Shown here: one piece after another, positions 1 through 6,906 of the stretch
How the letters are laid out: each line of letters opens with the position of its first letter
Numbering within the stretch: position 1 is the first letter of the stretch
DNA from: Thermoplasmata archaeon
GTDB taxonomy: Archaea > Thermoplasmatota > Thermoplasmata > GCA-020350865
Direction of reading: 5' to 3'
Assembly (NCBI GenBank): GCA_020348445.1
Contig: CP070751.1
Location: forward strand, 1,326,669 to 1,338,470
Length of the DNA: 11,802 nt
Program-made: the position numbers and the translations under genes
The notes under the pieces: model-generated
Databases searched by the model: none
The model's input: only the letters and a program-made list of their open reading frames with translations
Told to the model about the DNA's origin: nothing

Positions 1-372
1 CATTAACCCCATCGCGGTTGAAGAATGACCGCTTGCGGTTGTAATCCATCCCATTGCGGTTGAGCAAACCCCACTGGCAGTTGTAATCCATCCCATTGCG
101 ATTGAGCAATCCTCACTGGCGTTTGTATAACTCCCCATTGCGGTTGAATAATCCCCATAGGCGTCTGTACCCCATCCCATCGCGGTTGAAGCTTGCCCGC
201 TTGCGACTGTATAATACCCCATCGCGGTTGAAGCATAGCCGCTGGCATTTGTAGCACATCCCATGGCGGTCGAAGTAGATTCAAAGGCGGTTGTTAAACT
301 CCCCATAGCGATTGAAGCATGCCCCCTGGTGGTTGTTTTATATCCCAAAGCAATAGCATAATCTCCATTTAC
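1..372 (-). repeat. Tandem 42-bp/14-aa coding repeat (8 full units plus 1 partial), YadA/Hep_Hag head-like
   Basis: Units: VNGDYAIALGYKTT, TRGHASIAMGSLTT, AFESTSTAMGCATN, ASGYASTAMGYYTV, ASGQASTAMGWGTD, AYGDYSTAMGSYTN, ASEDCSIAMGWITT, ASGVCSTAMGWITT, ASGHSSTAMGLM (cut by the edge). The DNA core TCAACCGC(G/A)ATGGG recurs. Confidence 0.9.
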
Positions 373-1218
373 TGAGTTATCACTATGATCGATAGTCGCT
401 GCTCCACCAGACACGACTTCTACATCTAATTTTGCTTCTGGGCTCGTTGTTCCAATACCTACATTTCCTTCTATTATCATTCCATTGGAAGGTGCGGATT
501 CTGAGCCTGCCCAAGTTGTTCCCACCGTCACACCACCTACGACACTCAATTTGCTAGCTGCAGCTGTTCCCCCTATGGCAACATTGCCTATGCTATCAAT
601 TGTTAATCTGGTGTTTGTATCTATTGCTGTTGTTCCTATCTTAAATTTATCAGCATCACTGTCATCTACACCCAATGTGAATTTATCGTCGACACCGAGG
701 GAAAATGTTAAAACCGGATCTCCCGAAGAGGCTGATAACTCCAAAAGTGTGTTCGGGCTATTTGTTCCGATACCCACATATTTATCTGCTCCATGGACAA
801 ATAGCGTCTTATCGTGTATGTTTAGATTTCCCCCAATGGGAAAATTAATTTCTCCGTTCCCGTATGTGGTCCCATCTCCCGTTTTAAAACCTAGGGAGGC
901 TTGAGCGAATCCCACTACATCCAATGCTTGGGTGGGATCAGTTCCTATGCCGACTTTGATGGTGGAAAAGACAGGATCTCCACCAATAGCTAAGGAACCA
1001 CTGCTTGCGGTAATCTGGTCTGATGCTCCTGGAAAAGGATCACCATTAATTGTTATCGAGTTCCCACTCTTTATTGTGCCAGAAGCGTGAATATTACCAT
1101 CAACATCTAATTTCTCCGTGGGTGACAATGTTCCGATGCCAACATTTCCCTCAGATGTTATTACCAGGTGCTGGGTTTCATTAGTACCAACATGAAGCAT
1201 ACCCTCGATATGGGCATT
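1..1218 (-). CDS. 3' part of a large surface fibre/adhesin-like protein (GNVGIG repeats followed by YadA-head-like 14-aa repeats); open at the left edge and out of frame with its 5' part
   Basis: Hand translation of the minus frame with codons starting at 1218/1200 has no stop down to base 1: NAHIEGMLHVGTNETQHLVITSEGNVGIGTLSPTEKLDVDGNIHASG...GNVGIGTTSPEAKLDVEVVSGG...ASGYASTAMGYYTVASGQASTAMGWGTD... The frame is closed upstream by TGA at 1219-1221. The first ATG is at 1200. It is absent from the ORF track because no stop lies inside the window. Confidence 0.88.
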
Positions 1219-1487
1219 TCACCATTCACATCCAACTTGTACTGTGGATCTGTCACCCCGATGCCTACATTGCCTTCGGGATTGGTCGTATATACGTTAT
1301 CCCCCTCTACGGTCCATCCAGAATTATCCTGGATGCCTGGCGGCGAACCACCTTGACCTGGTGGTGTTCCACCCTGTCCCGGCGGTGTTCCACCTTGACC
1401 TTTAGGGGCAGGTACTGCTTGAGATATCGATACCAACACAAGCAATACCAAAACTGCTAGCGCACAAATTTTTCCTTTTTTCCTCAT
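1161..1487 (-). CDS. 5' part of the fibre/adhesin gene: signal peptide, GQGGTPP linker and first GNVGIG repeat; reads out of frame after ~1220
   Basis: ATG at 1487 with AGGAGG SD at 1497-1502. MRKKGK plus a hydrophobic stretch ending SQA is Sec signal-like. GNVGIGVTDPQYKLDVNG matches the repeats in the downstream frame. The tail EMPISRVCFMLVLMKPSTW looks like out-of-frame sequence. Confidence 0.8.
   Translation of the reverse strand: MRKKGKICALAVLVLLVLVSISQAVPAPKGQGGTPPGQGGTPPGQGGSPPGIQDNSGWTVEGDNVYTTNPEGNVGIGVTDPQYKLDVNGEMPISRVCFMLVLMKPSTW
1338..1400 (-). repeat. 3 x 21-bp repeat encoding GQGG(T/S)PP
   Basis: Translation GQGGTPP GQGGTPP GQGGSPP lies just after the predicted signal peptide. 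Confidence 0.85.
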
Positions 1488-1538
1488 GTTTTTTGTCCTC
1501 CTTTATTCATTCTTGGAATTCTGCCTAAGGTGTTTATT

Positions 1539-1569
1539 AAAAAAAGAAGAGTGACTACTCTAGGTAGTC
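1539..1569 (-). terminator. Hairpin plus oligo-T, terminator-like on the minus strand
   Basis: GACTAC(1553-1558)-5 nt-GTAGTC(1564-1569) inverted repeat, followed on the minus strand by CTCTTC and a T7 run. Confidence 0.35.
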
Positions 1570-1679
1570 CTGGTTACTGATTTCTACACCTCGCCCCTCT
1601 TTTAAATTTATACCCCCCTCCAAGGCATCTAGATTCCGAAGCCTAATCTTAATAGAAATACTTATTGTTTTCCCAGAGT

Positions 1680-1710
1680 GGTTTCGTAGGATATGTGACG
1701 AAACCTTTTA
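1680..1710 (+). other. Perfect 8-bp inverted repeat followed by T5 (terminator-like or operator)
   Basis: GGTTTCGT(1680-1687)-10 nt-ACGAAACC(1698-1705)-TTTTT. Confidence 0.45.
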
Positions 1711-1851
1711 AGATTGATGGGGATTTAGATTTTTTATGACAATAAAGAGAATAGATCATTATAAACCAATCATGATTCTATTATAACGAATAACCTTTAT
1801 TAACCTGAAGATAACTTAAAAGTTGATGGATTTGAGGGTATTATGATTGCT

Positions 1852-4164
1852 TCAACTACGAGAAGTATAGGCGTGGCCAGGATCCGGGGGAGAAAGTAGT
1901 ATTGGATCAGGATTAAGCCACCGCTTGATTATTGCATCGTTAGCACCTGCATACTTAAGTATCTTCTCAGCCTCTTGCATGATTTCCTGGTCCTTATCCA
2001 CATTATCGGAGAGTTCCAATGCCTTTTCATAGTGCTTATAGGCATCTTCGAACATATGATAAAGCGCTAAGCTAAAGGCAAGGTCACGATGGCCGTCAAT
2101 GTATTTTGGATCGATTTGGATTGCTTTCTCACCATAGAATCGACATTGTTCCAAGTATTTCTTACTATCAATCTGTCGGTAATAAGGAGTGGAATAAAGC
2201 AGACAAAGGTTGGAATGGGTAAGTTTATTATCTTTATTAATTCTTAGAGATTCTGTTAAGTATTTCTTGGCAATTACAGCAGGATTTCCGAGGAGCTCCG
2301 AAGGAATCTTATCCTCCTTTTTCAAAGGTTCTGCTTTCCATTGAGCTAACTTCATCAACACATACCCTAAGTCGTTAAGTAAGGTTCCATTATCTGGTTC
2401 CATCTTGATAGCTTTTAAGTACGTTCTTGCAGATTCAATATAACGCCCCCTCATCTCATTACGATTCGTATTCGTAATTTTATAATTAACATGATTAAGA
2501 AAAGCGTAGGATACTAGAATCCATGGATGTAGTTCTTTCGACCATGTTTTTTCCCATTCGCTAATAGCTATCTTAATTTGGTTATTAGCCTCCTCTGTAT
2601 CTACCATTTGCTTGGCCAACCTACGCAAACCCTCACCATAACAATTCGCAAGGCCGACATGACAGAGCGCTCCTAGTTTCAGATCTTCGATCGTCATGAT
2701 ATTTATCAGATGTTCAATCATTAAGGGTTGTTTCAAATCTTTTGTCGTAAGAGTCTGTTTCAAATCTTCATCTTCCATCGCTTCCAACAAATCCTCAATT
2801 GTGAGTGTCCGTGTAGGACCTTTAATCCTAAAAGCCCGTCTTAGAGTTTCAGTTTTTAGGATCAATTTCATATCTTTGGTTCTTAGGGGTCGTTTGATAG
2901 TTTCACTTGTCAAGGCTTGTATAAACTCTTCGGTTATCTGAGTCTGTTTTAGATCTTCGGTTGTGAGAGCCTTTATCAGATCTTCAAACATCAGGATTGG
3001 TTTAGAATCCTTAATGTTTAAAGCACTTTTAAGATCTTTAATCGTTAGAATCCTTTTCAAATCTTTAGTCTTCATGGTTCGTATCAAAGATTTGCTCTCC
3101 ATGATCCATCTCATATCTTCTGATGTCAAGGGCCTTTTTAATGCTTCATTCGCTAGGGCTTGTTTTAAATCTTCGGTTATCTTGTCTCGCTTCACCTCTA
3201 TTGCTCTCAGGGCCCGTTTGAAGAGTTTTATCGCTATCGGAATAGATTCTGGAGTCCGGTCGACAAAGAAAAGACACCCGTAAAAATAAAGAGTAGCGGG
3301 ATCTTCCACCAAAGCTTCATCCGTCTTAGAAAACCTCTCCTTGGCCTTAACAAGCTTCTCATGCTTTCCTGTTCGTCCGTACTCATCCACCGCATATAAA
3401 CCATCGGCAAGACATCGAATACTACATCCATCCCGTCCTGGAAACGCTTTTGGGTGTAGTTCGAGAACATAGAAAGCTGCTTCCCGAAGTAGATCCTTAA
3501 GGTCTTCATAGTCATTAACCTTCTTTGTCTCCACTCGTACACGAGAACTACATAAAGGTTGTTTTGTTTTCCTATTTAGCTGTTTTAAGAATGATATACC
3601 AGATGGTGTCCCCATACAGACATGTACTTGGGCCTCATAACTATGGGAAACCAACGAAACGTAAATAATAGAGGCCTCGTATTGATTTCGGTAAGGTATG
3701 GGAACTTTATGTTTTATCCATGTACTGAATCGTGCCATAGCACCAACAGGAATTGTGAATCCAGGGGTTTTCAATACGAGATCCGTTGGTACATTGTCTT
3801 CTGATGGAACCACCTTTGTGTGAGCACCCACTGATGCCGAGAAGACACCTAGCAGGTCGGAGCCGAGGGCTTGATCCATGTAGTATGAAGAATGTCCCGA
3901 GCGGGCTCTCTGGAAGGTATCCGCAATGTTAGACAGATGTTCGCGTAAAATCAGCCCTGCTTCGTCAGGCCCCAACCATTCGGATATTTCGCCCTTGACA
4001 GAGATGGGTGCGACATGAATAGATGAAGAAGTCTTTTTAAGCATGCGGCGGTAATAGTGCACCCTAGAGATATAAGAGATAACTACTACTATGACTAAGA
4101 TAAAAAGAGCTATGAATTCCCCCCTGTCGAAAAGTCCCAAAATGAAATCCAATTCTTCGCTCAA
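1852..4164 (-). CDS. Membrane-anchored tetratricopeptide-repeat protein with an internal 9-aa repeat insertion, 770 aa
   Basis: TTG start with GAGGTG SD just upstream. N-terminal TM segment FIALFILVIVVVISYI. TPR-like helices, e.g. YLKAIKMEPDNGTLLNDLGYVLMKL, EKAIQIDPKYIDGHRDLAFSLALYHMFEDAYKHYEKALEL. Confidence 0.88.
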   Translation of the reverse strand: MSEELDFILGLFDRGEFIALFILVIVVVISYISRVHYYRRMLKKTSSSIHVAPISVKGEISEWLGPDEAGLILREHLSNIADTFQRARSGHSSYYMDQALGSDLLGVFSASVGAHTKVVPSEDNVPTDLVLKTPGFTIPVGAMARFSTWIKHKVPIPYRNQYEASIIYVSLVSHSYEAQVHVCMGTPSGISFLKQLNRKTKQPLCSSRVRVETKKVNDYEDLKDLLREAAFYVLELHPKAFPGRDGCSIRCLADGLYAVDEYGRTGKHEKLVKAKERFSKTDEALVEDPATLYFYGCLFFVDRTPESIPIAIKLFKRALRAIEVKRDKITEDLKQALANEALKRPLTSEDMRWIMESKSLIRTMKTKDLKRILTIKDLKSALNIKDSKPILMFEDLIKALTTEDLKQTQITEEFIQALTSETIKRPLRTKDMKLILKTETLRRAFRIKGPTRTLTIEDLLEAMEDEDLKQTLTTKDLKQPLMIEHLINIMTIEDLKLGALCHVGLANCYGEGLRRLAKQMVDTEEANNQIKIAISEWEKTWSKELHPWILVSYAFLNHVNYKITNTNRNEMRGRYIESARTYLKAIKMEPDNGTLLNDLGYVLMKLAQWKAEPLKKEDKIPSELLGNPAVIAKKYLTESLRINKDNKLTHSNLCLLYSTPYYRQIDSKKYLEQCRFYGEKAIQIDPKYIDGHRDLAFSLALYHMFEDAYKHYEKALELSDNVDKDQEIMQEAEKILKYAGANDAIIKRWLNPDPILLSPPDPGHAYTSRS
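2668..3180 (-). repeat. 19 tandem degenerate 27-bp/9-aa repeats, consensus T-x-(E/K)-D-L-K-x-x-L
   Basis: aa 329-499 parse without gaps as ITEDLKQAL ANEALKRPL TSEDMRWIM ESKSLIRTM KTKDLKRIL TIKDLKSAL NIKDSKPIL MFEDLIKAL TTEDLKQTQ ITEEFIQAL TSETIKRPL RTKDMKLIL KTETLRRAF RIKGPTRTL TIEDLLEAM EDEDLKQTL TTKDLKQPL MIEHLINIM TIEDLKLGA. Confidence 0.88.
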
Positions 4165-4618
4165 GATTCCACCTCACATATTAATCTCTATCACCCTTTG
4201 GAAATTCAGGAATAAACTACTAGAACAAGGAAGATTCCACTCTACTGAATATGTGTGGATTAGATGGATACAGCGTATATCTCCCAAATCTACCACCTCG
4301 ATATTTTCTTCCCTACTTATTCAAGTCATCCTCGCCTTTAATTTAACACTTTTATTTTAGAGACCCAAAAATGGAAAGTAACTATCTCAATTTACGTAAT
4401 CCATAGAATTTGGATCCCTTCTCTTCTTACCAACCTTCATAATATTTAACAACATAGTGATATAAAAATATTACTATTGATAGCTGCATTCTTTCTGATG
4501 GACTCGTGTATACCTATCCTGTTCCCTTAGAACCGTTAGTACATCTACCCAAAGAAACATAAAAATCTATTGTTAAAATCCTCTTGGATAGGGTAAAGTC
4601 CAACTAAAAACCATAATC

Positions 4619-4984
4619 TTACTTCAAAAACTTCTCGTCAAACTCTTCCAAGGCCTTCTCCATACTCGTGTTCCACTGCTCAATACAATCCTGTATCTTC
4701 TTTCTGATGATCTGGGGACTTACAGCACTGTAGACATGATAGTACCCGCCCCTGTCTATGGTCTTTGTCTCCCTGAAACATATTCCACATGAGATTAGTT
4801 TTTGTAAGGATCTGTAAACTGTGGTTCCGTCCTTTTTTACCTTCTTTGCCAAATCATCAGATCTTTGGGAGCCCTCATCCACGAGCTTCATATACAACTT
4901 CATCTCGAACTCGTTCAAATTAAAAAAACACTGCATCACATCCTCGCAGGTAGCTGCTCCTGAAAACATCTTTTGTGGGTCCAT
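4619..4984 (-). CDS. TrmB-like winged-HTH transcriptional regulator (archaeal COG3355-type), 121 aa
   Basis: Pattern CEDVMQCFFNLNEFEMKLYMKL...DDLAKKVKKDGTTVYRSLQKLISCG...GGYYHVYSA is typical of this family. ATG has a GGTGA SD upstream. Confidence 0.88.
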   Translation of the reverse strand: MDPQKMFSGAATCEDVMQCFFNLNEFEMKLYMKLVDEGSQRSDDLAKKVKKDGTTVYRSLQKLISCGICFRETKTIDRGGYYHVYSAVSPQIIRKKIQDCIEQWNTSMEKALEEFDEKFLK

Positions 4985-5043
4985 TAGCTCACCAATCTTT
5001 CATAATATTGCAAATATCATACTTAACCGTTACCATTCACGAT

Positions 5044-5059
5044 AACAAACCTTTATATA
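5044..5059 (+). promoter_or_regulatory. BRE-TATA promoter candidate for the tusA-dsr operon
   Basis: AACAAACC followed by TTTATATA (5052-5059), ~70 bp upstream of the tusA ATG, within a divergent intergenic region. Confidence 0.55.
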
Positions 5060-5129
5060 CCTTCTCATATATATTGGTTTTGTGTGGTTATGTAAATACC
5101 GTGAAAGATTAAACGAAAAGGTGAGAAAT

Positions 5130-5357
5130 ATGGAATCAGATGCAACATTGGATTGTAAAGGTCTGTCCTGCCCAATGCCTATTGTCAAGCTGGCCCAGAA
5201 AATCAAGGAACTTCAGCCTGGGCAGGTTCTAGAACTTATGGCAGATGATCCTGGTGCAAAGCAGGATGTACCTGCCTGGTGCAGTAGAACAGGAAATGAA
5301 TTGATCGAATCAGGGGAAAGGGAAGGCCTTTTAATTTTCTATATAAAAAAGAGTTAA
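5130..5357 (+). CDS. tusA: TusA/SirA-family sulfur carrier, 75 aa
   Basis: LDCKGLSCPMP (CPxP motif), DDPGAKQDVPAWC. The true start is probably ATG 5130 with GGTGA SD at 5120-5124, not the 5082 start in the ORF track. Confidence 0.93.
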   Translation: MESDATLDCKGLSCPMPIVKLAQKIKELQPGQVLELMADDPGAKQDVPAWCSRTGNELIESGEREGLLIFYIKKS

Positions 5358-5377
5358 AAAAGGTGGGTGATATTAGT

Positions 5378-5794
5378 ATGACGAATAATGGTACAAAAAA
5401 AGTGAGCATGGTAGTGGCCGAGGGATCCTTTGACAAGGCCATGATGCCCTTTATCGTGGGCTCAACAGCAGCTAGTATGGGAATGGAGGTTCATATTTTC
5501 TTCACATTCTTTGGTTTGAACCTTCTAAAGAAAGGAACAAAACCGAAACTACCCGGTATAATGCGCCCCTTTACTGGTATGATTCTGAAAAAAATGAAGA
5601 AGCAGAAAATACCGGATTTCGAGGAATTGAAACAGCAGGCTAAGGACCTGGGAGTGAAAATGTATGCCTGCAGCACCTCCATGACCATCATGAATGTCAA
5701 GGAGAAAGATCTTATAGATGGAGCCGAGGTTCTTGGTGCGGCAGCATTCCTTGATATCGCTGCTGATTCGGAAGTCCAGCTATTCATAGGATGA
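5378..5794 (+). CDS. DsrE2/DsrE3-like (DsrE/DsrF/DrsH-like family) sulfurtransferase, 138 aa
   Basis: EVHIFFTFFGL and a single Cys in GVKMYACSTSM, plus GAAAFL near the C-terminus. ATG 5378 follows GGTGA at 5366-5370. Confidence 0.85.
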   Translation: MTNNGTKKVSMVVAEGSFDKAMMPFIVGSTAASMGMEVHIFFTFFGLNLLKKGTKPKLPGIMRPFTGMILKKMKKQKIPDFEELKQQAKDLGVKMYACSTSMTIMNVKEKDLIDGAEVLGAAAFLDIAADSEVQLFIG

Positions 5795-5820
5795 TCTGAA
5801 AAAAACATAGGAGGCATATA

Positions 5821-6123
5821 ATGCCGAAAGTTCTCTTCACACTGGTTAGGTCGCCTTTTGAGAAAGATGAGATTCATACAATGGAAACAGTGGCAGCAAA
5901 TAACGAAAAGGGTGTAATCCTCTTCGAGGATGCCATCTACTATGCCACTTCAGAGCATAAGAGAAGAGAACTGCTCTCTAAAGATTATTTGATTTATGCT
6001 ATAAAGGAAGAGCTTGATGCACGAGGCCATGGTGAATTCAGTGCAGAGGGGATTGAATTAATAGACTATGATGAGGCAGTTGATATCATCATGGAAAGGT
6101 ATGACAAGGTGATCTCACTATAA
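5821..6123 (+). CDS. dsrH: DsrH/TusB-family protein, 100 aa
   Basis: LFTLVRSPF, VILFEDAIYYA, YAIKEELDARG and IDYDEAVDII match the DsrH/TusB pattern. No Cys. GGAGG SD. Confidence 0.82.
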   Translation: MPKVLFTLVRSPFEKDEIHTMETVAANNEKGVILFEDAIYYATSEHKRRELLSKDYLIYAIKEELDARGHGEFSAEGIELIDYDEAVDIIMERYDKVISL

Positions 6124-6134
6124 GGAGGAATAGC

Positions 6135-6494
6135 ATGACAAGAAAACTGACTATACTACTTATGTCAGGCCCCATGAAGAGCATGGAGCCAAATACGGCT
6201 ATAAAACTGGCCTCAGCAGCTCTGAACAAGGGCTATGGAGTTAACCTATTCTGCTACGGAGAGGGTGTTTTAGCCATCAAAGAAGGACAGGCTCCAAAAC
6301 GCTTTCCCAATGTTGGTTCCAAGCTTGAAGAACTTATGAAAAAGGGATTGAAGATTGCAGTATGCGAAACATGCTCTGGAGCAAGGGGGCTGCATCAGGG
6401 TGAGGAGATAAAGGGATCAAAGATCGGCAGCTTGACAAAGGATCTTGTGGAGTTCCTTGATGAAAGTGATAGAATGATCACTCTAGCAAGGTGA
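6135..6494 (+). CDS. dsrE: DsrE/TusD-family sulfurtransferase, 119 aa
   Basis: AIKLASAALNKGYGVNLFCYGEGV and VCETCSGARG, which holds the conserved active-site Cys region. GGAGG SD. Confidence 0.85.
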   Translation: MTRKLTILLMSGPMKSMEPNTAIKLASAALNKGYGVNLFCYGEGVLAIKEGQAPKRFPNVGSKLEELMKKGLKIAVCETCSGARGLHQGEEIKGSKIGSLTKDLVEFLDESDRMITLAR

Positions 6495-6498
6495 TTTC

Positions 6499-6855
6499 AT
6501 GGTCAGCTCAATATGTGTTTTGGTAAGAAAAGCACCTTATGGAACAGAAGACGCCTTTGCAGGCCTCAAACTCGGTCTGGCCACAATAGCAAATGGTATG
6601 GAAACAAAGATTATCCTAACTGAAGATGGTGTATATAATGCAATGAAAAACCAAAATCCTGAAAAAATAGGCATGCCTTTGATAGTGGATGCGGTGAATG
6701 ATTTAATTAGCCTTGACGTAAAAATCTATTGCGTTGAGGATCATCTAAAAGAAAGAGGAATTAAAAAAGAAGATTTGCTTGAAGAACTGGTATTTATAGG
6801 GGAAAAGGAGATTTCCGATTTATCATTGGGTTGCGATGTTGTTACCTCTTTTTAA
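6499..6855 (+). CDS. dsrF: DsrF/TusC-family protein, 118 aa
   Basis: VLVRKAPYGTEDAFAGLKL, ILTEDGVY, YCVEDHLKERGI. GGTGA SD overlaps the upstream stop. Confidence 0.83.
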   Translation: MVSSICVLVRKAPYGTEDAFAGLKLGLATIANGMETKIILTEDGVYNAMKNQNPEKIGMPLIVDAVNDLISLDVKIYCVEDHLKERGIKKEDLLEELVFIGEKEISDLSLGCDVVTSF

Positions 6856-6906
6856 TATTCACAACCAAAAAATATTACTACTTAACCTCTGTATCTATCC
6901 GATTTT

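Noticed and set aside
3-284. 93-aa minus-strand ORF with QPRWG repeats
   Set aside because: It is an alternative-frame shadow of the 42-bp repeats. The STAMG frame is continuous with the upstream 1.2-kb ORF and matches a known repeat type.
1-372. Possible CRISPR array or DGR variable region
   Set aside because: The period is 42 bp with no unique spacers, variation keeps the reading frame and is not adenine-specific, and no cas or reverse transcriptase gene is in view.
485-1356. Plus-strand ORFs 485-904 and 1168-1356
   Set aside because: They are antisense to the adhesin frame, with no SD or recognisable motifs.
2696-4360. ORFs 2696-2941, 2963-3283, 3234-3542, 3622-3804 and 4091-4360
   Set aside because: They are antisense or alternative-frame overlaps of the 770-aa TPR gene; the first two stay open because of the 27-bp repeats.
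5082-5129. Longer starts given by the ORF track for tusA (5082), the dsrE2-like gene (5363) and hdrB (9579)
   Set aside because: Downstream ATGs at 5130, 5378 and 9618 have well-spaced GGTGA SD motifs and give family-typical N-termini.
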